Shown piece by piece: positions 1 through 9,237 of a stretch of 19,437 nucleotides of DNA. Within the stretch, counting starts at the first letter, position 1, and every line of letters starts with the position of its first letter. This DNA comes from Planctomycetota bacterium (GTDB taxonomy: Bacteria > Planctomycetota > SZUA-567 > H5-PLA8), in NCBI GenBank assembly GCA_045863855.1, contig BTVV01000116.1, positions 1 through 19,437 on the forward strand. The letters are read 5' to 3'. A program made the translations under genes and the position numbers. The notes under the pieces are model-generated. The model made no database searches. It had not been told where the DNA came from and saw nothing but the letters and a program-made list of their open reading frames with translations.

Positions 1-598
<598 letters not shown>

Positions 599-602
<4 letters not shown>

Positions 603-1390
603 GCGCGTCGATCTGGAACCCCGCTCAATACGAGCGTTTCAAAGCCGAGCGCGAGCAGCCGTTTCACGATTTGGCGGCGCTCGTACGCCGCGACCGGCCG
701 GTCCGCCGGGCCGTGGATTTGGGCTGCGGGACGGGCGAACTGACCCGCCGCCTGCACGAGTCGCTGGATTGCGCCGAAACGACGGGCGTGGACCTTTCGG
801 AAACGATGCTCGCGCGCGCCGCCGCCTTCGCTCGTTCGGGCCTGCGGTTCGAGCGAAGTTCCATCCAGGCCTTTGCGTCGCAAGCGCCGCAGGGCGCGTA
901 CGATCTCGTCTTCAGCAACGCCGCGCTGCATTGGCTCGACGACCACCCCGCCCTGTTCGCGAAGCTCGTCCGCTTGCTGGCCCCCGGCGGGCAACTGGCC
1001 GTACAGATGCCCGCCATGCACGCTTTCGCCACGCACACCCTTGCCGCCGCGCTGGCGCGAGAAGCACCCTTCGCGGTGGCGTTGCACGGCTACGTCGGGC
1101 AGACGCCCGTGCTGGAGCCCGAAGCCTACGCGCGGCTGCTCTACGAGCGGGGTATGCGCGAAGCGTCCGTGCGGCTGCAGGTCTACGGCCACGAATTGCC
1201 GGATCGCGCGGCGGTGCTGGAATGGGTCCAAGGCACAACGCTGACGGGCTACGCAGAACGGCTCGCTCCAGATCTCTTCGAACGCTTCCTGAAGACCTAC
1301 GCCGAGCGACTGCTCGCCGCATTACCCGACGAACGACCGTTTTTCTTTCCGTTTAAGCGCATCCTGCTGGCCGCGCGCAAACCGTCCTGA
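599..1390 (+). CDS. tam: Trans-aconitate 2-methyltransferase-like class I SAM methyltransferase
   Basis: GTG at 599 overlaps the upstream stop (GTGA coupling). Motifs WNPAQYERF..ER..PF.DL, VDLGCGTG, FSNAALHW and GGQLAVQMP, and a C-terminal FPFKRI, are typical of Tam. Confidence 0.85.
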
Positions 1391-1406
1391 GCGCCTGCCA
1401 TGGCAT

Positions 1407-1439
1407 AAAAAACGGGCAGCCGTGGTCAACGGCTGCCCG
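1407..1439 (-). terminator. Rho-independent terminator of the desaturase gene (could act bidirectionally between convergent genes)
   Basis: Perfect 11-bp stem cgggcagccgt (1413-1423)/acggctgcccg (1429-1439) with a 5-nt loop. The A6 at 1407-1412 gives a U-tract on the minus strand, ~22 nt downstream of the desaturase stop. Confidence 0.85.
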
Positions 1440-1461
1440 CCGAGGATTGCCCGTTGCCGCG

Positions 1462-2442
1462 TTACTTCTTGGCGGCGGATTCGATCTGATTGCGTTGCAT
1501 GACGTGCGCGGGAACCGGGCGCAGATCCCAAACAAGCCCGATCTTCGACATCATCCAAAGGCCGTAGTAGGTCAGGTCCACTTCCCACCAGCGGAACCCG
1601 TTGCGCGCCGAGCCGGGGAAATGGTGGTGGTTGTTATGCCAGCCTTCGCCCAGCGTAATCAGCGCCAGGAAGAAATTGTTGCGGCTGGTGTCTGTCGTGT
1701 TGTACACGCGCGAGCCCCAGGTATGGGCCAGCGAGTTGATCGTAAAGGTGCCGTGCCAGAGCGCGACGGTGGAGATCAAGCCCCAGACGATCATCTGCAT
1801 GCCGGTAGCGCCCAAGCTGGGCGCGTAATGCTCCATCAGGTACCCCGCGAAGAAGACCGCGAAGAGGAGCAGCATCGGGACCACCTTGTCGTACTTGTCG
1901 AGCAGGCGAAGTTCGGGGTAGCTGTTCAGGTCGCTCATCAAATCGTGCTTCGTCGGCCAGTTGCGCGGCTCGAAGATCCAACCCACGTGGCTGTAAAGGA
2001 AGCTGCGGCGCACCGGCGAGTGAACGTCTTCGGGTTCGTCGGAGTGGCGGTGGTGGTGGCGGTGATGGGCGGCCCACCAGAGCGGCCCGCGCTGTACGGC
2101 GCTGTTGCCGGCCACGGCAAAGAGGAACTGCATCACGCGGGACGTATGGAAAGACTTGTGCGAGAAATAGCGATGGTAGAAGCCCGTGATCGCAAACATC
2201 CGCGCCACGTACATGCCGACCGCCATGGCTACCGCCGGCCAGCTCCAGCCCACCCAGAACACCGCCAAGCAGCCCAAATGCAGCAGAATGAATGGCACCG
2301 CATGGAAAAACGCACGCTTGGGCTCCGAAACGGAAACCATCACTTCGGGTTTGGGCGTCTGCACGGAATGCGAGGGAGGAGCCTCGGGGGGGGTCAAGGT
2401 TGCCGTGTTCAGGGGAGCATCTCCGGTAGCTGGGCCCACCAA
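1462..2442 (-). CDS. Delta-9-type acyl-CoA/acyl-lipid fatty acid desaturase (start codon uncertain)
   Basis: Three His boxes (YHRYFSH, HHRHHH, WHNNHH), plus INSLAH, GEGWHNNHH, RWWEVD and hydrophobic membrane segments. Confidence 0.93.
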   Translation of the reverse strand: MVGPATGDAPLNTATLTPPEAPPSHSVQTPKPEVMVSVSEPKRAFFHAVPFILLHLGCLAVFWVGWSWPAVAMAVGMYVARMFAITGFYHRYFSHKSFHTSRVMQFLFAVAGNSAVQRGPLWWAAHHRHHHRHSDEPEDVHSPVRRSFLYSHVGWIFEPRNWPTKHDLMSDLNSYPELRLLDKYDKVVPMLLLFAVFFAGYLMEHYAPSLGATGMQMIVWGLISTVALWHGTFTINSLAHTWGSRVYNTTDTSRNNFFLALITLGEGWHNNHHHFPGSARNGFRWWEVDLTYYGLWMMSKIGLVWDLRPVPAHVMQRNQIESAAKK

Positions 2443-2861
2443 GGGGCCTTAGTCCACGTTGCCGAGTCCAAGCGCTTCCGCCCGCTCCACGAGCGTCAGC
2501 GATCGGGATTCAGCTTCCGGACCCGAATCGGCCAATTCACCGACCCGCTCCAGGCGTTCCCGATAGACTCATTTAAGGTCGAATGTTTTACACCATCTCC
2601 AGGCCGATTGCCCGCACCATGTTGGACTTACAGCGGAAATCTTTGCATCCACCGCCGAGGTCCCCTAACACCCGGAAAGCAGGCCACCTTCTATACAGGG
2701 CTTGGGAGCAAGTACAAGTCCACCCTGCCTGTTCAGCACCCTAATGAAGACCTTTCACATTAAAGGACGCCCATGTCTTCAATTATCCCCAACGTATTGG
2801 AGGATAAAGCGGAAAAATAGCTCAGAACCCAGATATTGCCCGTTCGAACGGGAGGACGGAA

Positions 2862-4160
2862 TCAGGGGGCGGGACGCAAGCCCACCGGAACGTATGGAGG
2901 GCACTTCTTCTCGGCAAAGATGGGCTTAAAGCGTGTGAAGCGCGGGCGACCGTCGACGAGCGGAACGCTGACCCAGTCCTGCCCTACCAGCGGGCGCGCG
3001 TAGGCCAGGAAGTCGTCGGTGACGTCGAATTTGGACTTCGCCAGCCAAGCCTTGGGAAAGGCACGTTCGCTGTTGGCGACCTCGTGCAACGGCACGCCGG
3101 CGTAATGAACCCCGTAAATCGAACCCCTCCGGCGCAGAATCGTGGCCATTTGGCTGTGCTGCCCTTCCAGCGCCAGTTCGGCGGCCTTGACGCCGACGTG
3201 GTGGGCTTCCTCCAGATCCACCTGCGAAGCCAGAAAGATGCCTCCGCGCTGATCCGTTCCCGGAATCTGTCCGCGTGCGTGACCGGGCACGCAGAGGCCG
3301 TGGTCGTTCAAGTAATTGACCAGCACCTGTGCGACGGTGGTTTGGCTGGCGCTGAACTCGACGTGCCCGAAGGCGTCCCTTTTGGCGCCCATCTGGACTT
3401 CGGGAAGGTGGAAGCCCTCTCCAATTACGACGACCGCGCGGCCGCGCTTAGCAAGCGTCTCGTTGACCTGCGCATGAATGTCTTCCAGCGACAAGCCGGC
3501 CTCGGCCAAGACCAGCAGCAGCGGCCATTCGCGCTGCGGATCGGCCAGCCGCGCCGCGGCGGGGATAAAGCCGATCTTACGCCCCATCGTCTGCACCACC
3601 AGGACCGGATCGGAGGTGCACGAGCCCGCGTTCTCTTCGTTGGCCACGGCGATCGCGTTGAGCCAGTAGCGCGCCACGCTGCCGTATCCGGGCGTATGGT
3701 CGATCAGCTTGAACTCGCTGTCGCCGACGTCGTTGTCGATGGTTTTGGGGATGCCCAAGGCGGCGAGTTCCAGACCCTTCTCGCGCGCCAGGTTGCTGAT
3801 CTTGTTGGCGGTGTCCATCGAATCGTTGCCGCCGATATAGAAAAAGTAGCCTACTTCGTGGCGCCGGAAGACTTCGATGACGCGCTCGAAATCCTCCTGC
3901 TGGCTGTGCTTCAATTTGTAGCGGCAGGTGCCGATGGCCCCGGCGGCCGGCGTGACCCGCAGCAGCGCGATCTCTTCGGCGCTTTGCGCGGACAGATCGA
4001 GCAGCTCCTCTTTCAGCACCCCTTCGATGCCGTGCCACCCGCCGTACACGCGACCAAAGCGCTCGCGGTTACGCGAGCAGGTGTCCAACACGCCTCGAAG
4101 CGAATTGTTGATGACGGGCGAAGGTCCGCCGGATTGAGCCACGACGACATTACGCGGCAT
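2862..4160 (-). CDS. pfp: Pyrophosphate-dependent 6-phosphofructokinase (diphosphate--fructose-6-phosphate 1-phosphotransferase)
   Basis: Motifs AQSGGPSPVIN, GGNDS, PKTIDND and MGR. Asp in GGxD and Lys in PKTIDND are the established PPi-specificity residues. ATG 4160 is preceded by GGAG. Confidence 0.88.
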   Translation of the reverse strand: MPRNVVVAQSGGPSPVINNSLRGVLDTCSRNRERFGRVYGGWHGIEGVLKEELLDLSAQSAEEIALLRVTPAAGAIGTCRYKLKHSQQEDFERVIEVFRRHEVGYFFYIGGNDSMDTANKISNLAREKGLELAALGIPKTIDNDVGDSEFKLIDHTPGYGSVARYWLNAIAVANEENAGSCTSDPVLVVQTMGRKIGFIPAAARLADPQREWPLLLVLAEAGLSLEDIHAQVNETLAKRGRAVVVIGEGFHLPEVQMGAKRDAFGHVEFSASQTTVAQVLVNYLNDHGLCVPGHARGQIPGTDQRGGIFLASQVDLEEAHHVGVKAAELALEGQHSQMATILRRRGSIYGVHYAGVPLHEVANSERAFPKAWLAKSKFDVTDDFLAYARPLVGQDWVSVPLVDGRPRFTRFKPIFAEKKCPPYVPVGLRPAP

Positions 4161-4293
4161 CCGACTTTCTCCCGAGTGCACGGTGTCCGGCGAAAATTAT
4201 CCTTGGGAAGTATAGTAGCCTTCGCCTTAGCGGGTCAAGACGCCGCTGCTCAGGCGCGTCCCGCAACTCGTTCCAGCTTGATGGAAGCATTCC

Positions 4294-5166
4294 ATGAACG
4301 AAAGCGCCGATCCCGACCGAGCTCGCGCCTGGCACTGGCGCGTCGCCGCGGAGGCCGCCAACGCGGAACTTCATCTACGCTACGAACCCGGCAACTGGGG
4401 GGACGTCCTGAAGGGAACCTGGGCCGTCCGCGTGGCCCGCGCGCTGCCCGCTCCGGCCGGCGCCGTCCGCTATCTCGATCCGTACGCCGGTGCGCCGACC
4501 TATCCACTGGTGCCCGCATCGCGCGCGCGCCTGGAGCGGCTCGCCGAGATTCCGGAGCAACCCTTTGCCGGCACGCAATCCGGCTTCGCCGGACGCGACC
4601 GATTAGGCTCCACCGCCGCCCTACTGCTGGAGGTCTGGCACGCACGAGGCTTGCGGGTGGATACCTCCGTCTTCGACGCTGAGGCCGTGCACCGCCAAGC
4701 CTGGAGCGGCGTAGAACGGGTCAACGTCCTGAACGTGCCCAGCGGCGAAGCCGCCTTGGAACTCGAACGCGATGCCGCGTCGCCGGCCGATCTGATCCTG
4801 GTGGACCCCTACGACTGCTTCGACCACTGGGGTGCGTGGCTCCCGGCGCTCAAACGCGCCGCGCGGCGCTCGACCGTACTCGTCTACCTGTACAATAAAG
4901 CTCCGCGCGGAACGGGCTACTCCGACCAGTACCGGCGCTTGCGCGGCGCGCTGGAACGCTGGTCCGCCGACGGACCACTGCTCCTGGGCCGACTGGCTGC
5001 CGATGCCGTGGAACCTCGCGCGTATCATGAAGTGCTGCTGGCCGGACCGTGGGCGAGGGACGCGACGCTTGCCGGCGCTTTACGTTCGGATTCGGTAGCG
5101 CTGGCACGCCTGCTGGGGCATGAAGGTGCGTTCGAGGCGTTAGGGATAACCAACTACAACCATTAG
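4294..5166 (+). CDS. Divergent RlmJ-like (23S rRNA m6A2030 family) methyltransferase
   Basis: 'YEPGNWGDVLKG', 'YLDPYAGAPTY' and 'LILVDPYD' are colinear with RlmJ 'HAGNHADVLKH', 'YLDTHAGAG.Y' and 'LILIDPPYE'. Confidence 0.6.
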   Translation: MNESADPDRARAWHWRVAAEAANAELHLRYEPGNWGDVLKGTWAVRVARALPAPAGAVRYLDPYAGAPTYPLVPASRARLERLAEIPEQPFAGTQSGFAGRDRLGSTAALLLEVWHARGLRVDTSVFDAEAVHRQAWSGVERVNVLNVPSGEAALELERDAASPADLILVDPYDCFDHWGAWLPALKRAARRSTVLVYLYNKAPRGTGYSDQYRRLRGALERWSADGPLLLGRLAADAVEPRAYHEVLLAGPWARDATLAGALRSDSVALARLLGHEGAFEALGITNYNH

Positions 5167-5635
5167 ATGGGGAGCGGTTCTCGCGCGGCTCGCATATAGG
5201 CGGGAATTCCACTATCGCCTAACGCGCAAGCTAGAATACCGCCAACCATAGCACAGGTTGTATCGCGGTCTCCCCCACCTGATACGGTAGACCACATTGC
5301 TTCGTGGAAATCTTTCATATGTCTTGCCGCGCACCAAAGGGCAAACGGCACCGTATCTGACGAAAGCACCCGCGAGCCATTCCCTAATACCTGAATCGCT
5401 GTAGAAACCGCATGGTCAGGGTCTAATGCTATAGCATTACGAATACCGTCCTTCGTATCCCCTGTCGGAGTATGCTCAAATGCCACACCCCTTCAGGATG
5501 GACACGAGCTTGAATCATCCAATCTAGCTTTTCGGACGTATGCCCAAAAAAGCGCTCGCCAAATGAATCGCCAATCGAAAGTCCTTCCAACGCCAGCCTG
5601 GCCCTCTCTAATCGATCTGCATGAACGGTGTCCAT
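5163..5635 (-). pseudogene. ADP-ribosylglycohydrolase (DraG/ARH family) pseudogene with internal deletion and frameshift
   Basis: The N-terminal fragment 'LERARLALEGLSIGDSFGERFF...GVWH' (from 5635) joins out of frame near 5480 to the C-terminal fragment 'DTVPFALWCAARH..F.EAMWSTVSGGGDRDTTCAMVGGI'. The central region with the TDD and GNG.AMR motifs is absent. Confidence 0.85.
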
Positions 5636-5637
5636 CT

Positions 5638-6723
5638 CTAACTCTCCGCGAAGCGAACCGAATACACCGGCGGAAAATTATTTCCCAAGCAGACCCACGA
5701 ATCGCCGCGGTCGGCGGAGAAATACACATTCCCCGTCGTCGTACCAAACGCGACGAGGTCGCCGCGCACGTCCAGCGCATGGCGGAACGTCACGTCGTAG
5801 GCGTGTGCTTGCGGGAGCCCTTTGCGCAGCGCCTGCCAGGTCTTGCCTCCGTCTGTAGTGCGGCTGACGCAAAGCGCACCGGCCACGGCCACACGCGTCT
5901 CGTCCTTGATCGCGGGCACGACCCAGGCGGTGTTTGGATCTTGTGCGTCGGCGGCGATGGCGAAACCGAAATCGGCCGGCGCGTCGGGCTGCGAAATCTT
6001 CGTCCAGTTCTGCGCCCCGTCGGCGGAACGATAAATTCCGCAGTGGTTTTGTTGCCATAGCACATCCGGCTGGGCGGCGCAGGCGGAGACGTAGTGCGGA
6101 TCCTGGCCCACTTCGGCGGCCGGATCGGGCAGGAAGTCGGCTCGGCAGCCTTTATTGCGCGGAGCCCACAACGTACCGCCATCGGTGGTTTCGAAGACAC
6201 CGGCGCAACTGATGCCCACCATGATCCGGTTCGGATCGCGCGGATCGAGGATCACCGAGTGGATGCCCGGCTGGTCGCGCCCGCCGCCGAACCATTGCTT
6301 CGGACGGCTGGGATGATCCCACAAGCCGCGGTTGAGCGCCCACGATTCGCCGCCGTCGTCGCTTACAAATAGTCCGCCCGGATCGGTGCCCAAGTACAGG
6401 CGCTTGGGCTGGCTGGAATGCCCCGGCGCGAGAAACCACAGGTATCGTAGCGCCGCGGGTTCGCCATCGCCTCGCTTCTCGCCTTCCGGATACTTAGGCG
6501 GCGCGACTTCTTCCCAAGTCTCGCCGCCGTTCTTCGAACGCTGCAGCTTCGCGCCCCAATGGCCGTGGTCGAGACACGCCCAAAGGGTTCCGCTGCGTGG
6601 ATCCTGGCAAGCGTAAGGCACGCCCGCGCCGAGGTGTGCCGTGTGTACCGGCAAGAAGCCCGTGCCCTCGCGCTTCAGGATCAGCGTCGCTTTTCGAGTA
6701 CCCAAGAGCAGCAGCGTAGCCAT
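5638..6723 (-). CDS. BNR/Asp-box repeat beta-propeller protein (WD40/YVTN/sialidase-like)
   Basis: Multiple Asp-boxes (SKNGGETW, SDDGGESW, TTDGGTLW, SADGAQNW, TTDGGKTW, SADRGDSW). No obvious signal peptide. Confidence 0.88.
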   Translation of the reverse strand: MATLLLLGTRKATLILKREGTGFLPVHTAHLGAGVPYACQDPRSGTLWACLDHGHWGAKLQRSKNGGETWEEVAPPKYPEGEKRGDGEPAALRYLWFLAPGHSSQPKRLYLGTDPGGLFVSDDGGESWALNRGLWDHPSRPKQWFGGGRDQPGIHSVILDPRDPNRIMVGISCAGVFETTDGGTLWAPRNKGCRADFLPDPAAEVGQDPHYVSACAAQPDVLWQQNHCGIYRSADGAQNWTKISQPDAPADFGFAIAADAQDPNTAWVVPAIKDETRVAVAGALCVSRTTDGGKTWQALRKGLPQAHAYDVTFRHALDVRGDLVAFGTTTGNVYFSADRGDSWVCLGNNFPPVYSVRFAES

Positions 6724-6751
6724 ACGCGCATCCTTACCGAGAAGTCTGCGC

Positions 6752-7030
6752 TCAACCGCCTGAGAGCGCCTGCATCACGTGGACCGTAGAACCGGCCGAA
6801 AGCGTATCCCCGAGCGTTTTACGGTCCAGCACCGCCTCGTCGTCGATAAAGAGGTTCACGTGCTGGCGCAACGCGCCGGCATCGTCCACGAGGTATCCGG
6901 CGAGCCCCGGAAAGCACGCATCAAGCGCCGTAATCAGTTCCTTCGTGCTGGCGGCCTGAATTTCGAACGGACCTTCCGCGAGCCCGGGAAAAAAGCGCCA
7001 CAAGTTACGGGTGACATGCACGCGGGGCAT
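6752..7030 (-). CDS. MoaD/ThiS family ubiquitin-like (beta-grasp) protein, 92 aa
   Basis: ATG 7030, 8 nt after the yjbQ stop. Contains 'LRQHVNLFID' and the C-terminal 'MQALSGG' di-glycine. Confidence 0.9.
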   Translation of the reverse strand: MPRVHVTRNLWRFFPGLAEGPFEIQAASTKELITALDACFPGLAGYLVDDAGALRQHVNLFIDDEAVLDRKTLGDTLSAGSTVHVMQALSGG

Positions 7031-7038
7031 GGCGGAGG

Positions 7039-7458
7039 TTACTCTCCGATGATCTTGATCAGCACCCGCTTGGGCCGGCGGCCGTCGAATTCGCCGTAGA
7101 AAATCTGCTCCCACGGTCCGAAGTCCAGTTCGCCGTGCGTGATCGCCACCACCACCTCACGGCCCATCACCTGGCGCTTGAGGTGCGCGTCGGCGTTGTC
7201 CTCGCCGGTGCGGTTGTGCAAATACTGGCTCACCGGTTCGTGCGGCGCGAGTTGCTCCAGCCAGCGGTCGTAGTCCTGGTGCAGTCCGTTCTCGTCGTCG
7301 TTGATGAAGACGCTGGCGGTGATGTGCATCGCATTGACAAGACAGAGCCCCTCGCGCACGCCGCTTTCGCGAATGGCTTCCTGAACCTGCGGCGTGATGT
7401 TTACGAACGCGCGCCGCGCGGGGATTTGAAAGGCCAACTCGCGGCGGTAGGTCTTCAT
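7039..7458 (-). CDS. yjbQ: YjbQ/UPF0047 family protein (secondary thiamine-phosphate synthase family)
   Basis: Motifs HITAS..IND.E, 'EDNADAHLK' and '[14 protein letters not shown]'. ATGA overlap with the ppa stop. Confidence 0.93.
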   Translation of the reverse strand: MKTYRRELAFQIPARRAFVNITPQVQEAIRESGVREGLCLVNAMHITASVFINDDENGLHQDYDRWLEQLAPHEPVSQYLHNRTGEDNADAHLKRQVMGREVVVAITHGELDFGPWEQIFYGEFDGRRPKRVLIKIIGE

Positions 7459-8000
7459 GACGTCGCTTTCTCCGGGAAGTGTTGCCGGTAACGCTCCACC
7501 GACTCGACGATGATGCGCAGCGTCTCCTCGCGCGTCTGCAGGCGTCCCACCTCGGCGAGCTTCCCCTCGAGTTGTTTGTAACTGTCGAAGAAGTGCATCA
7601 TTTCGGTGACTACGTGCGAAGGAAGTTGCTGCAGGTCAGTGTACGCGCGGAAAGCCGGATCGTGCACGTGGACGCAGACGACTTTGTCGTCGAGGCCCTT
7701 CTCGTCGCGCATGCGAAAGCTCGCGATGGGCCGTGCGATCACGATCGTACGCGGGTACACGGGCTCCTGGCCCAGGACCAGCACATCCAGCGGATCGCCG
7801 TCCTCCGCCAAAGTGCGCGGTATGAACCCGTAGTTGGCCGGATAGTGCATCGAACTGTAGAGCACCCGGTCGACCATCAACAAACCGCTGTGCTTATCCA
7901 ACTCGTACTTGTTCTTGCTCCCGCGGGGCACTTCGATCACCGCCGGAAAAGTCTCCATGCCCGAATCGGGCAAGGAAATGTCATGCCAAGGGTGCGCCAT
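7455..8000 (-). CDS. ppa: Family I soluble inorganic pyrophosphatase
   Basis: MAHPWHD start, then [39 protein letters not shown] and FF..YK.LEGK. Confidence 0.95.
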   Translation of the reverse strand: MAHPWHDISLPDSGMETFPAVIEVPRGSKNKYELDKHSGLLMVDRVLYSSMHYPANYGFIPRTLAEDGDPLDVLVLGQEPVYPRTIVIARPIASFRMRDEKGLDDKVVCVHVHDPAFRAYTDLQQLPSHVVTEMMHFFDSYKQLEGKLAEVGRLQTREETLRIIVESVERYRQHFPEKATS

Positions 8001-8066
8001 CGAGGTGCTCCGTTGCCGGCGAAGCATGCATTGTCGCGAAATGGAGGCCGCTGTCAAAAGCCCCGT

Positions 8067-8558
8067 TCATGACGCAGGCGGTCCATCGCTATCGCTGGCG
8101 GGAAGCGGCGGGGCTGGCGGAGCTTCCAACTGCCGGAAAAGCGCGAGACGCTCGCTCTTGAAGGGGCCGAACCCGACCTTTTCGAATAGGCCCAGGCTGC
8201 TTGTGATCGTGATCAGTTCGCGGATGCGGCGGCGCTTGGCGTACTTCACGCACGCTTCGATCAGTTGCGTGGCGATCCCCCGCCCCTGGAACTCGGGGCG
8301 CACCGAGAGGCTGCGGATTTCGGCCATGCGCCGCGAATAAATGTCCAGCGCGCAGCAGCCGACGATCTGCCCGTCCACTTCGGCCACAAAAAAATGATTG
8401 AGCTTCGGAAGCGGACTCTGCACGAGCTTTTGCGGAAACAGCGCGATCAGCCCGCGAATGGCTTTCCATTCGCCTTCCTTGGCGGGGCGCACTACCGACT
8501 TCGCCGGCCGTATAGAAGGCTCGGATGATGCAGGCGTGGGCGTATCGGACGTGCTCAT
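8067..8558 (-). CDS. GNAT N-acetyltransferase, ArgA (N-acetylglutamate synthase) C-terminal-like
   Basis: 'IVGCCAL.....MAEIRSLSV.PEFQGRGIA..L' acetyl-CoA motif A and 'FEKVGF'. Start placed at ATG 8558. Confidence 0.85.
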   Translation of the reverse strand: MSTSDTPTPASSEPSIRPAKSVVRPAKEGEWKAIRGLIALFPQKLVQSPLPKLNHFFVAEVDGQIVGCCALDIYSRRMAEIRSLSVRPEFQGRGIATQLIEACVKYAKRRRIRELITITSSLGLFEKVGFGPFKSERLALFRQLEAPPAPPLPASDSDGPPAS

Positions 8559-8616
8559 GGCTGCATTCACTATCCGAGAACGAGGGCCTTGCAACGCAAG
8601 ATGCGTGAACCTCTCG

Positions 8617-9099
8617 CTACGCGTCCTTGAGCAGTTCCTTCGGCCGCCGGTACCACTCGGCTTTCATCCCGCCGGGTTTGAAATCTCCGCTCAGACAGGC
8701 CACACCCGCCTTCTTGAACGGGAAGGGATCTTTGATCCCGGCCAGTTCGGCGTACATGTAGCCCAAATCGGGTTCGTGCCCCACCAGCATCAGGCGCTTG
8801 GGCGGCTCGAGCTTGCGCAACACGCCGATCAGATCTTCCACCGTCGCCCCGGTGGCCAGCTCCTTCACCTCCACCACCGGCACGTCGTAGATCTCGCGAA
8901 CGATCTCGGCTGTTTGCTTCGCGCGCACCAGCGGGCTGGTCCAGATCGCATCGAGCTTCAGGAGCTTGAGGTGCTTCAGTTCCACCACCACTGCGCGCGT
9001 GCGCTTGCGTCCTTTTGCGGTCAGCGGGCGCTGGCGCTCGGGGCCGAACCAGACTTGCCGGTCTTCGGCGATGCCGTGGCGCATCAGAAACAGTTCCAT
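8617..9099 (-). CDS. sixA: Phosphohistidine phosphatase SixA (histidine phosphatase superfamily)
   Basis: Motifs LFLMRHG, RPLT..G, TSPLVRAKQTA and LVGHEP. ATG 9099 is preceded by GAGGGGG. Confidence 0.9.
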   Translation of the reverse strand: MELFLMRHGIAEDRQVWFGPERQRPLTAKGRKRTRAVVVELKHLKLLKLDAIWTSPLVRAKQTAEIVREIYDVPVVEVKELATGATVEDLIGVLRKLEPPKRLMLVGHEPDLGYMYAELAGIKDPFPFKKAGVACLSGDFKPGGMKAEWYRRPKELLKDA

Positions 9100-9237
9100 G
9101 ACCAACCCCCTCGACACATCCCTGCGGCGCAGACTTTATCGGAATGGAAAAGAATGCAGGCTCCGGCGACCGTGGTAAAAGCGTCTGTGTATTGTAAAGG
9201 GAAGGGTTCAAGCGTGCAGCGGCAGGTCCAAAAACCA

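Noticed and set aside
2783..2791. DnaA-box-like TTATCCCCA
   Set aside because: Single one-mismatch copy, better explained as an arm of a hairpin. There is no box cluster or origin context.
1447..4682. Long plus-strand ORFs 1447..2763 and 3084..4682
   Set aside because: Antisense shadows of the desaturase and pfp, expected in high-GC DNA, with no recognisable motifs.
8398..9237. N-terminal 280 aa of the 778-aa ORF 8398..10734
   Set aside because: It is the antisense shadow of sixA and the GNAT gene. The real protein most plausibly starts at ATG 9238, where a signal peptide begins.
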